Assembly (NCBI GenBank): GCA_040512695.1 | Contig: JBEVEO010000176.1 | Coordinates: 868 to 64,867 of the forward strand | DNA length: 64,000 nt | Direction: 5' to 3' | From: Leifsonia sp. | Lineage (GTDB): Bacteria > Actinomycetota > Actinomycetes > Actinomycetales > Microbacteriaceae | Notes under the pieces: model-generated | Seen by the model: only the letters and a program-made list of their open reading frames with translations | The model's database searches: none | What the model was told of the DNA's origin: nothing | Made by a program: the position numbers and the translations under genes | Shown here: positions 39,618 to 48,134 of the stretch, one piece after another | Position numbering within the stretch: the stretch's first letter is position 1 | How the letters are laid out: each line of letters starts with the position of its first letter

Positions 39618-41690
39618 TCAGGCCGCCGCGGTCTCCTTCGCCACGAGGGTGAGCACGTCGTACTGGGCCACGAGCTCGTCGTCCTGGTTGCGCAGGACGG
39701 CGTCCCAGCGCACCTCGCCGTACGCGTCCGTCTCACGCGGGGTGATCTGCTTGGCGGTGAGCTCGACCCGGATCGAGTCGCCCGGGGAGACCGGGGTCAC
39801 GAATCGCAGGTTCTCGAGGCCGGAGTTCGCCAGCACGGGTCCGGGAGCCGGGTCGACGAACAGCCCGGCCGCCCACGACACGAGCAGGTAGCCGTGGGCG
39901 ACGCGACCGGGGAAGAACGGGTTCGCGGCGGCCGCCGCCTCGTCCATGTGGGCGTAGAAGGTGTCACCCGTGAAGGCCGCGAAGGTCTCGATGTCGGCGA
40001 GGGTGACCTCCCGCGACGCCGAGACCACCTGGTCGCCGATGCGCAGCTCGGCGAGGCTCTTGCGGAACGGGTGCGGGCCCGCCGTGTTCGAGACCGACCC
40101 GGCGTGCCAGATCCCCGTGATGGCGGTGAGCATCTCGGGGGAGCCCTGCAGCGCCGTGCGCTGCATGTGGTGCAGCACCGCGCGGATGCCGCCGAGTTCC
40201 TCGCCGCCGCCTGCGCGCCCCGGTCCGCCGTGCACCAGCTGCGGAAGCGGCGACCCGTGTCCTGTCGAACTGCGGGCGTCGTCGCGGTCGAGCAGCAGCA
40301 CGCGCCCGTTCATCGCCGCGATGCCCGTCATGAGCGTTCCGGCGACGATGGGGTCGTGGGTCGCGATGCTCGTCACGAGGGAGCCGCCTCCGCGGCCGAC
40401 GAGGGCGGCTGCCTCGCCGAGCGTCCCGTAGCCGAGGATGCTCGAGACCGGGCCGAATGCCTCGAGGTCGTGCACGGCCGTCGTCGCGGCGTCGCGGAAC
40501 CGCAGCAGCATCGGCTCGAGGAAGGCACCGTCCGGCGCCGTGCCCACCGATCCGTCCGCGTGCCGGACGGCGGGTTCACCGGTCGAGCCGATGACGAGCT
40601 CGCCGCCGGCGGCCTGCAGCAGCCCCACCTGGCGCAGCACCTCGGTGCGCTGCTCCCGCGAGGCGAGCGGACCCATCGTCACGCCGTCCGCGCGCGGGTC
40701 GCCCAGCACCGTGCGCTCGGCGATACGGGAGGAGACCGCGGCGATGACGGCGTCGACGGAGGCCTCCGGCACGATCGCGCGTCGGATGGCCGTGCACTTC
40801 TGGCCGGCCTTGGTCGTCATCTCGGTGACCAGCTGCCGCACGTAGGCGTCGAACTCCGCCGTACCCGGCACGGCATCCGGTCCGAGGATGGAGGCGTTGA
40901 TGGAGTCGGTCTCACTCGAGAACCGCACGCCTCCCGTCTGCACGGCGTCATGGGAGCGCAGGCGCTCGGCGGTGGACGCCGAGCCCGTGAAGGCGACGAG
41001 ATCGCCGAGACGGAGGTCGTCGAGGAGCGTCGGAACGCTCCCGGAGACGAGCTGCAGCGACCCGTCGGGAAGCAGGCCGGACTCCACGAGGATCCGCACG
41101 AACGCCTCGGCGAGGTAGCCGGTGGGGGTCGCCGGCTTCACGAGGCTCGGCACTCCGGCCAGGAAGGCCGGGGCGAACTTCTCCAGCGATCCCCACACCG
41201 GGAAGTTGAAGGCGTTGACCTGGACCGCCACGCCCGGCAGTCTGCTGTAGATATGCCGTCCGAGGAATGAACCGTCGCGGGAGAGCTGTTCGACCGGTCC
41301 GTCGACGTAGACCCGCGCGTTCGGCAGCTCCCTCCGACCCTTCGACGAGTAGCTGAACAGCACCCCGATGCCGCCGTCGATGTCCACCCAGGAGTCGGAG
41401 GAGGTCGCGCCCGTGCGGCTCGACAGCGCGTAGAGCTCGTCCTTCCGCTCGGCGAGCGCGAGCGCCATCTGCTTGAGCAGGACGGCGCGCTGGTGGAAGG
41501 TGAGGCGGCCGAGGCTGTCCTGGCCGACGGTCCGGGCGTACTCGAGCGCCGCGCCGAGATCCAGGCCGCTGGTCGAGACGAGCGTGACGAGCTCACCGGT
41601 CGTGGCATCGCGCACCGGCGTCGCCCCATCGGCGGACTCGGGGGACCACCACACGCCTTCGACGTAGCTGGGCAGAATGGAGTCGTTCAT
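39618..41690 (-). CDS. paaZ: Bifunctional oxepin-CoA hydrolase / aldehyde dehydrogenase
   Basis: NAFNFP, FTGS, KAGQKCTA, EAFGP, HGGPGRAGGGEE, C-terminal MaoC domain GDTFYAHMD. Confidence 0.95.
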   Translation of the reverse strand: MNDSILPSYVEGVWWSPESADGATPVRDATTGELVTLVSTSGLDLGAALEYARTVGQDSLGRLTFHQRAVLLKQMALALAERKDELYALSSRTGATSSDSWVDIDGGIGVLFSYSSKGRRELPNARVYVDGPVEQLSRDGSFLGRHIYSRLPGVAVQVNAFNFPVWGSLEKFAPAFLAGVPSLVKPATPTGYLAEAFVRILVESGLLPDGSLQLVSGSVPTLLDDLRLGDLVAFTGSASTAERLRSHDAVQTGGVRFSSETDSINASILGPDAVPGTAEFDAYVRQLVTEMTTKAGQKCTAIRRAIVPEASVDAVIAAVSSRIAERTVLGDPRADGVTMGPLASREQRTEVLRQVGLLQAAGGELVIGSTGEPAVRHADGSVGTAPDGAFLEPMLLRFRDAATTAVHDLEAFGPVSSILGYGTLGEAAALVGRGGGSLVTSIATHDPIVAGTLMTGIAAMNGRVLLLDRDDARSSTGHGSPLPQLVHGGPGRAGGGEELGGIRAVLHHMQRTALQGSPEMLTAITGIWHAGSVSNTAGPHPFRKSLAELRIGDQVVSASREVTLADIETFAAFTGDTFYAHMDEAAAAANPFFPGRVAHGYLLVSWAAGLFVDPAPGPVLANSGLENLRFVTPVSPGDSIRVELTAKQITPRETDAYGEVRWDAVLRNQDDELVAQYDVLTLVAKETAAA

Positions 41691-42565
41691 GCGTTCGTTC
41701 CCGTCGTCTCGTCCCACACGTAGAAGCCCTCGCCCGTCTTGCGTCCCAGTCGGCCGTCGGCGACCATCCGCCGGAGCAGTGCGGGCGGCTCGAAGCGATC
41801 GCCGAGCCGGTCGTGCAGGTACTCGGCGATGCCCAGCCGCACGTCCAGCCCGACGAGATCGGTGAGGCGGAGCGGGCCGACCGGATGCCGGTAGCCGAGC
41901 ACCATCGCCGTGTCGATGTCCTCGGCGGAGGCCACGCCGTCCTCGAGCATCCGGATCGCCTCGAGGCCGAGTGCGACACCGAGTCTCGATGACGCGAAGC
42001 CGGGGGCATCCTGCACCGTGATCGCCGTCTTGCCGATGGCGGCGACCCACCCTTCCGCGTCCCGGGTGAGGGAGTCGGCCGTCTCCGCGCCGACCACGAT
42101 CTCGACGAGGGCGGATGCCGGCACCGGATTGAAGAAGTGCAGGCCGATGAACTGCGCCGGGCGAAGCAGTTCAGCGCCCAGCCGGCCGATCGACAGGGAC
42201 GACGTGTTGCTCGCGAGCACGGCATCCGGGCCGGCGGCGGTCTCCGCGTGCTGCAGGGCGTCGATCTTGAGGTCGAGCTGCTCCGGAACGGCCTCGATCA
42301 CCAGGTCGCAGCCGGCGAACACGGCCATCGAGTCCGAGACGGTGAGAGCCCGGCTGCGTCCGTCGGTGTCGAACGGGGTCGGGCTGCGGTCGGCGCTCTG
42401 CTCGAGAGCGGCGCGCACGCGATCGCGGGCAGTCGCGGCCGTCTCAGTGTCGCGTTCGACGACGCGCACCTCGGATCCGGCGCACAGGAAGGCGTGCGCG
42501 ATACCAGCCCCCATCCGACCGCCGCCGAGCACGCCGACCACGCCCGGCGCGGTCGGCGCGGTCAC
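41687..42565 (-). CDS. 3-hydroxyacyl-CoA dehydrogenase (short PaaH-like)
   Basis: GGGRMGAG, EAVPE, SNTSS, HFFNP, GRKTG. Confidence 0.9.
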   Translation of the reverse strand: MTAPTAPGVVGVLGGGRMGAGIAHAFLCAGSEVRVVERDTETAATARDRVRAALEQSADRSPTPFDTDGRSRALTVSDSMAVFAGCDLVIEAVPEQLDLKIDALQHAETAAGPDAVLASNTSSLSIGRLGAELLRPAQFIGLHFFNPVPASALVEIVVGAETADSLTRDAEGWVAAIGKTAITVQDAPGFASSRLGVALGLEAIRMLEDGVASAEDIDTAMVLGYRHPVGPLRLTDLVGLDVRLGIAEYLHDRLGDRFEPPALLRRMVADGRLGRKTGEGFYVWDETTGTNA

Positions 42566-43332
42566 GGACGTCTCCGGTCGAGGAACTCGGTCATGCGCCG
42601 TTGCCTCTCCGGACTCTCGAACAGGACGGCCTGGAGCTCGAGGTCGATCTCGGGATGGTCCTGCGGCCTGGCCGCGATGGCCTTCTTGGTGGCGATCGTC
42701 GCGGCGCGGTCGTTGGCGCCGATCCGATCGGCGATGGCGTGCGCCGCCCCGAGGAGGTCGGCCGGTTCGTGGATCGACGAGATCAGGCCGATCGCGATGG
42801 CCTCCGCGGCATCGACCGTGCGCCCGGTGAGCAGGAGCTCCGACGCCCGCGCCTCGCCCACGATCTCGCGGAGGCGCCAGGTGGCGCCGGCCGCGGCGAT
42901 GATGCCCAGCCCGGTCTCGGGGTTGCCCATGCGGAGCGCCGGGGTCCCGATGCGGATGTCGGCCGCGTAGGCCAGTTCGGCACCGCCTCCGAGGGCGTAG
43001 CCGTCGATGGCCGCGATCACGGGAAGTTCGAGGGCGCGTACGCGGAGGAAGGCATGGGCATTGATTCCTGCGCGGGCATCGGCGGCGCTGCGTTGCAGCA
43101 TCTGCCGGATGTCCGCACCGGCCGAGAAGTGGCCGCCTGCTCCCGTGATGATGAGGATGCGGGGGGAGGCCTCGAGCTCTGCGCAGATCGCGTGCAGCGC
43201 GTCGACGACGTCCTGGTCGATCGCATTCCGCACATCGGGGCGATCGAGCGTCACGATCGTGCGATCGTCGAGGTGCTCGACCCTCACGGCATCCGGTTGC
43301 GAATCCTGCGACTCCACTGCATCATCCGACAC
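42562..43332 (-). CDS. Enoyl-CoA hydratase (PaaF-like)
   Basis: FSAGADI, GGGAEL and NPETGLG (two catalytic Glu); AGGAG RBS. Confidence 0.85.
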   Translation of the reverse strand: MSDDAVESQDSQPDAVRVEHLDDRTIVTLDRPDVRNAIDQDVVDALHAICAELEASPRILIITGAGGHFSAGADIRQMLQRSAADARAGINAHAFLRVRALELPVIAAIDGYALGGGAELAYAADIRIGTPALRMGNPETGLGIIAAAGATWRLREIVGEARASELLLTGRTVDAAEAIAIGLISSIHEPADLLGAAHAIADRIGANDRAATIATKKAIAARPQDHPEIDLELQAVLFESPERQRRMTEFLDRRRP

Positions 43333-43376
43333 GATGGCACTCCTGACGTCGTCGTCCCGTCCGGGCGGAATTAGTG

Positions 43377-43390
43377 ACCGACCGTTCAGG
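43377..43390. promoter_or_regulatory. PaaR-type operator upstream of the second paa block
   Basis: ACCGA-CCGT-TCAGG, close to the sites at 33050 and 33110. Confidence 0.7.
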
Positions 43391-43408
43391 AAGTAAGTAT
43401 GCCACGGT

Positions 43409-44329
43409 TCATCGTTCGCGCGTCAGCGATGCCAGCTCGTACTGGCGCACCGGCAGTCGTCGGGTCGCCGAGCAGGTGGACAGCAGTGGGACCGAGGCGG
43501 TCTCGCGGAGCTCGACCAGCACCGCTCCGCTCGCGGCTCCCAGCCGCACGGTCCATGCGGTCGTTCCGTCCTCGTGCCGCTGCCGCTGGTCCAGCGGCGG
43601 GTACGCATCGATGCGATCGTCGCCCAGGGCGACCCTGGCGTAGTGCTGGGCGGCCTGCACGGGGTGGCTGAGGGAGCTGCGGCCGCGGAGGAACGGTTCG
43701 ACGACGCGCCCGTCGAGGTACGCGGAGCCGATGGCCACGGCGTCGCCGTCGTCGACGTAGCCGTAGTACAGACCGTGCGGCAGGGCGACGAGGGTGCCGG
43801 CGAAGCGATCGCCGCCGAGGTGCGAGCACTCCCAGGTCTGGTCGGGGAACGCCTCAGCCAATCGCGACACGACCTGCCGCCCGCGCACGGCGCAGCACTG
43901 GTCGTGGCGGGCGTGGGCGCAGACGCAGAAGATCGGGTCGGTCGACGGGGTCCCGGTGGAGCCGTCGAGAGGCACGTCGAGCAGGTCCTCCGGTCGATCG
44001 ACCGCACCCCAGTGCACCGACTCCGAACCGGGCCGCGAGTCGACGGACGCCCACGACCACGACGTCTGCGCCGGACGCCGCCCGGTGCGGCGGATGGCGA
44101 GCGGGCGCATCCCGGCTCCCTCGATGCGCTGGACGAGCGCACGCCCGAGGACGGGGTCGAACGGAGGGTCGAGGAAGGCGCGCGATCCCCACGGGCCTGC
44201 GATCTCGACGAGGAACCAGCGCGAGCCGTGCGATCCGGTCCCGATGAGCGGATCGCCTCGCTCCCGCGCCCTGTCGCTGCACGGCTCCCATCCGCCGCCC
44301 GGCTCCCCGGTGGTCTGCTCCGAGGTCAC
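43409..44329 (-). CDS. Sucrase/ferredoxin-like (Apd1/Aim32-type thioredoxin-like ferredoxin)
   Basis: VCAHARHDQCCAVRG, WECSHLGGDRFAG, LPHGLYYG, RGRS; GTGA overlap with JmjC stop. Confidence 0.88.
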   Translation of the reverse strand: MTSEQTTGEPGGGWEPCSDRARERGDPLIGTGSHGSRWFLVEIAGPWGSRAFLDPPFDPVLGRALVQRIEGAGMRPLAIRRTGRRPAQTSWSWASVDSRPGSESVHWGAVDRPEDLLDVPLDGSTGTPSTDPIFCVCAHARHDQCCAVRGRQVVSRLAEAFPDQTWECSHLGGDRFAGTLVALPHGLYYGYVDDGDAVAIGSAYLDGRVVEPFLRGRSSLSHPVQAAQHYARVALGDDRIDAYPPLDQRQRHEDGTTAWTVRLGAASGAVLVELRETASVPLLSTCSATRRLPVRQYELASLTRER

Positions 44330-45582
44330 GCCGGCGTCACCAGGAACCCCTCGCGGAGGAGCCGACGCACCACGACGACAGCCGAGTCCCGGTCGAGCCC
44401 CGGCAGCTCGCCGACGGTGACGGGGTCGCCGCCCACGAGACGCCGCAGCGCATCCGTCGCCTCGACGGGGAGCAGCAGCGAGCCCGTGGCCGTGCGCACC
44501 CGCACCCGTTCCCCGGCGTCCTCGACCTGCGCCGCGAGCGATCCGCGCCAGCGGACCCTGGTGCCGGAATCGAGCCGGGCGATCGCAGCGATCGTCGCCA
44601 GGGGAGCGACGGGTTCCGGGCGGGTGGCCTGGCTGAAGCGTCGCGCGAGCGTGTCGGAGGCGAGTCTGCTGCGGGCCTCGGCGCTCGCGTCGTCCGGCCG
44701 GGCGATCGTGGCGACGAGATCGCGCACGGTCTCCTCGACGATCGCCGTCATGGCGGCGGGGTCGGTGAGGTCGATGCCGAGCGGAAGGGACGAACGCAGT
44801 GCCGCCGCGTCGCCGGTGCCGGCGATGAGGGCGTCGACGATGTCGGCGCGCGTGTAGGCGCGCATGCCGATGGTGAGGTGCACCGAGGTGTCGCCGAGGG
44901 CCTCGGCGGAGTGGATCCAGCCACGCGGCAGGTACAGGGCGTCGCCGGGTCGCAGCACGGCGTCGATGACAGCCGGCCGGCCTGCTGCCTCGGCCACGGC
45001 GTCGCGGTGGTCGCTCCACGGCTGGTCGCCGAGCGGGTCGACATGCACGGGGGCGTGGATGCGCCAGTGCTTCTCACCGCTGATCTGGAGCACGAAGACG
45101 TCGTGCACGTCGTAGTGCGGGTCGAAGCCGCGCGAGGAGGCCGGCGTCACGTAGGCGTTCACCTGCGCTGGATGCCCGATGTCGTCGATGAGCCGCCTGG
45201 TGAAGTCGATGATGGGCGGCCACATGCGGTGCAGGCCCTGCAGCACTATGGTCGCCCCGCCGGCGAACTCGGCGAGCACCTTGTCGCTGGAGACCTGGTC
45301 GCCGATCTCGGCGCCGAAGCCACCGGGCGCGGTGTAGGTGGCCGGCTTCAGCACGGTGCCCTCGTGGGCCATGCGGATGAAGGGGGTCCGGAGGCCGCGT
45401 GCCGTCACCAGTTCGTCGACCGCATCGAGTCCGAAGAGGTCATCGAAGCCGCCGCTCAGCGAGGCGGCCGGCGACAGCAGCGGCTGCGAACCCCAGTGCT
45501 CCCGGGCGAACTCATCCGCGGAGACGCGGATGCATCGCGAAAGCGCGGGCCGGTCGACCGGCCCGCGTTCCGTGATCGTCAC
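44326..45582 (-). CDS. JmjC / Cupin_4 2OG-Fe(II) oxygenase (ROX: YcfD/NO66/MINA53-like)
   Basis: NAYVTP..GFDPHYDVHDVFVLQISGEKHW, PGDALYLPRGWIHSA, SVHLT; GTG 1 nt after the peptide stop (alternative ATG at 45612). Confidence 0.9.
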   Translation of the reverse strand: MTITERGPVDRPALSRCIRVSADEFAREHWGSQPLLSPAASLSGGFDDLFGLDAVDELVTARGLRTPFIRMAHEGTVLKPATYTAPGGFGAEIGDQVSSDKVLAEFAGGATIVLQGLHRMWPPIIDFTRRLIDDIGHPAQVNAYVTPASSRGFDPHYDVHDVFVLQISGEKHWRIHAPVHVDPLGDQPWSDHRDAVAEAAGRPAVIDAVLRPGDALYLPRGWIHSAEALGDTSVHLTIGMRAYTRADIVDALIAGTGDAAALRSSLPLGIDLTDPAAMTAIVEETVRDLVATIARPDDASAEARSRLASDTLARRFSQATRPEPVAPLATIAAIARLDSGTRVRWRGSLAAQVEDAGERVRVRTATGSLLLPVEATDALRRLVGGDPVTVGELPGLDRDSAVVVVRRLLREGFLVTPA

Positions 45583-45583
45583 G

Positions 45584-45838
45584 TCAGGCGGAGCCGTCGG
45601 CGCCGCCGTCATGCCCTCCGGGATTGGCTCCGCCGTCAGCGGTCCCCTCACCCTCGTCGGCCGAGCCGTCGGCACCGCCGTCGTGGCCGTCGGGGTTCGC
45701 TCCACCGTCGGCCGGGCCTTCGCCGCGCGAGGCCGAGCCGTCCGCTCCGCCGTCGTGGCCTCCGGGGTTCGCTCCGCCGTCGGCCGGGCCCTCCCCGCCT
45801 GCTCCGGCTTCGTTCGTGATGTCCTCGTCGTTGATCAC
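45584..45838 (-). CDS. 84-aa repeat peptide, putative multi-core precursor / JmjC substrate
   Basis: GGAAGGA RBS; 14-aa leader then GEG(P/T)ADGGANP(G/D)GHDGGADGSA x3; synonymous codon differences between repeats. Confidence 0.8.
   Translation of the reverse strand: MINDEDITNEAGAGGEGPADGGANPGGHDGGADGSASRGEGPADGGANPDGHDGGADGSADEGEGTADGGANPGGHDGGADGSA
45587..45796 (-). repeat. Three coding repeats with 72-nt period
   Basis: Units 45796-45731, 45724-45659, 45652-45587. Confidence 0.9.
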
Positions 45839-45881
45839 TGCAGATCCTTCCCACCCAGGCGGCCGGACGCCGCTGGTGCTC

Positions 45882-45919
45882 ACAGTACGCCCGTGGACAG
45901 GAGGATTCACCCCCTTGAC
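45882..45919 (-). promoter_or_regulatory. GTCAA-type promoter motif upstream of the repeat peptide
   Basis: GTCAA-27nt-TACTGT. Confidence 0.5.
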
Positions 45920-45932
45920 GATGCGGGCGGCC

Positions 45933-46697
45933 TCACTCGCCCGCCTGCATCGCGGTGGTGCCGTCGGGCTGCCAGGTGAAGGCGAAGTTCGCCCGTTCCT
46001 GGGAGCCCGGGATGTCACGGAACGGGGTCAGGCTGGTCCACAGGAGGCGCAGCCCGCCCGGGGTGAGGTCGTCCGGTGCCGCACAGCTCGCACTGAAGTC
46101 CTGCGTCTGGATGACGGCGACCAGGCAGATCCGGCCGGAGGTGTCCCGCGCCAGATAGAGGTCGTCGAGCCCCGCATTGGCGATGAGACGGAAGCTGCCG
46201 ACCCGGAAGCTCCCCGAGAGATCGATGTGGGGCCGGTCCGCCGCGTCCTGGTCGCGATCGAATGCGGCCAGGGAGTCGGGGGCGCTGGGATCGGAGGCCG
46301 GGGCCGAGCGGCCGATGGCGGCCGATGCAGACACCCCGATGACGATGCCGATGACGAGCGCGACCGCTGCCGCGACGCCGGTCGTCAGGTACGAGCGCCT
46401 GCGCGGGTCGAGACGAGCGCCGAGGTCGGGAGCGTCCGGCGCGGCCGGGCCGACCGGATCGACATCCGTCGCAGCCGACGGTTCGCCGGGCCCGGCGCCG
46501 GTCGGCGTGCCGGGATCGCCTCCGCGACCGGACGCTGCCTCGTCGCGCCGCCTGGCGTTCTCGAGGGCTCGCAACTCCGTCGCAGCCCGTCGCTGCGCTT
46601 CGGGATCGGATCGGGCGTCCGCCGCGTAGAGCTGGCGTTGCAGTGCGCGGATGCGCCGGTCGCGCGCGTCCATCCCGGGATCGTGATCATCCGTCAT
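45933..46697 (-). CDS. Hypothetical single-TM protein
   Basis: LQRQLYA N-terminus, one TM helix, ICL..SC extracellular domain; GGAGG RBS. Confidence 0.7.
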   Translation of the reverse strand: MTDDHDPGMDARDRRIRALQRQLYAADARSDPEAQRRAATELRALENARRRDEAASGRGGDPGTPTGAGPGEPSAATDVDPVGPAAPDAPDLGARLDPRRRSYLTTGVAAAVALVIGIVIGVSASAAIGRSAPASDPSAPDSLAAFDRDQDAADRPHIDLSGSFRVGSFRLIANAGLDDLYLARDTSGRICLVAVIQTQDFSASCAAPDDLTPGGLRLLWTSLTPFRDIPGSQERANFAFTWQPDGTTAMQAGE

Positions 46698-46765
46698 GGC
46701 GGGACCTCCCCATCGTGGAACCCCCCTCCCAGTCTCACACGCAGGGTGGCGCTAGGGTGACCTCC

Positions 46766-47179
46766 ATGACCGATCTGCCCGGCACGATCAAGCGTCCGGC
46801 CGGTGTGACGCTCGTCGCCGTGTTCGCCTGGATCAACGGGACGATCAGCGTGCTCGGCGGGATCGCCCTCATCGTGATCACCGCCATGGGCACCCCGGCC
46901 GACGATCCCGACGGGATCCCGTACACGACGGCGGTGGTCGCGATCATCACGGGAGGCGTCACCGTCTTCCTGGCGCGCTGGCTGCTGCGCGCCAGTCCCA
47001 CCGCGCGGATGGTCGTCGCGTTCGTGCAGGTGATCGCGATCATCTCCGCCCTGGTCAGCGTGCTGCTCGGCGGCGACGTGTGGAGCGCCGCCGTGGGCAT
47101 CCTCATCGCCGTCGTGACCCTGGTGCTGCTGTACGCAGGGAAGGCCGGCCGGTACTTCGGCACCGCGCGGAACTACTGA
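46766..47179 (+). CDS. Small 4-TM membrane protein
   Basis: KRPAGVTLVA then four hydrophobic segments; -10 TAGGGT 7 nt before ATG. Confidence 0.75.
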   Translation: MTDLPGTIKRPAGVTLVAVFAWINGTISVLGGIALIVITAMGTPADDPDGIPYTTAVVAIITGGVTVFLARWLLRASPTARMVVAFVQVIAIISALVSVLLGGDVWSAAVGILIAVVTLVLLYAGKAGRYFGTARNY

Positions 47180-47217
47180 CGGCCGTCGGCCGGACGCACT
47201 CGACCTAGGATCGAGGG

Positions 47218-48132
47218 GTGACGGACGACGCCAGGCCAGCCGCTGCTCCGGACGACTCGCGGCGGGCGACGGTCGGAGCCGTCACCCAGATCGGCACCGA
47301 GGTGAGCATCAACCTCGGCTCCGCCCTCGCCGGCGTCGCGATCCCCGTCGTCGGATCATTCGTCGTCGTGGCGGCACGGCAGCTCGTGATGGCGATCGCG
47401 TTGCTGCCGGTGTATCGGCCCCAGCGTGCCGAGCTCACCTGGCGACGGCTCTGGCCCGCCGTTGCCCTCGGCGTCGTTCTGGCGGTCATGAACCTCGCCT
47501 TCTACGAGTCCGTGCACCTTCTCGGGCTCGGAGTGGCCGCGACCATCGAGTTCCTCGGCCCGTTGCTGCTGGCGCTGGCGACCTCGCGGCGGCTGCTCGA
47601 CGTGATCTGCGTGCTCGCCGCCGGGGTCGGCGTGGTGCTGCTCACCGGGCTCGACGGGACGATCGACCCGTTCGGCGTCGTGCTGGCACTCACGGCCGCG
47701 GCCAGCTGGGCGGCGTACATCGTGCTGACACGGCGGGTGGCCCTGCGGCTCCCCGGCCTCGAGGGGCTCACCGTCGCGAGCATCGTGAGCCTCGTGCTGC
47801 TGGTGCCGCCTGCGCTCATCACCTTCGACGTCTCCGTCATCGACTGGCGCATCCTCGCACTCCTCCTGGCCGTCGGAGTGCTGTCGTCCGCACTGCCCTA
47901 CAGTCTCGACACCTTCATCCTGCGGCGCATCCCACCACGGCTCTACGCCATCATCACCGCGTTCGGGCCGGTCATCGCGGCGATCTTCGGCGCTCTGATC
48001 CTGTCCGAGGAGTTCACGCTCGTGCAGATGATCGCCATCGGGCTCGTGTGCGGGGCAGCGGGCACCGCCGTCGCCACCCAGCGCGACGCCCCGGCCTCCG
48101 ACCTCGAGATGACGGCGGAAGGGCAGCACTGA
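47218..48132 (+). CDS. EamA/RhtA-like DMT transporter
   Basis: MNLAFYES..LGVAATIEFLGP, WAAYI, SSALPYSL; about 10 TM. Confidence 0.9.
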   Translation: MTDDARPAAAPDDSRRATVGAVTQIGTEVSINLGSALAGVAIPVVGSFVVVAARQLVMAIALLPVYRPQRAELTWRRLWPAVALGVVLAVMNLAFYESVHLLGLGVAATIEFLGPLLLALATSRRLLDVICVLAAGVGVVLLTGLDGTIDPFGVVLALTAAASWAAYIVLTRRVALRLPGLEGLTVASIVSLVLLVPPALITFDVSVIDWRILALLLAVGVLSSALPYSLDTFILRRIPPRLYAIITAFGPVIAAIFGALILSEEFTLVQMIAIGLVCGAAGTAVATQRDAPASDLEMTAEGQH

Positions 48133-48134
48133 GT

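Noticed and set aside
45583-45705. N-terminal extension of JmjC (ORF 44326-45705) and of the peptide ORF to 46018
   Set aside because: The JmjC extension is an alternative frame of the peptide repeats; RBS and coupling support starts at 45582 (or 45612) and 45838
45587-45796. CRISPR array (72-nt periodic repeat)
   Set aside because: No unique spacers, the period is a multiple of 3, variation is mostly synonymous, and there are no cas genes
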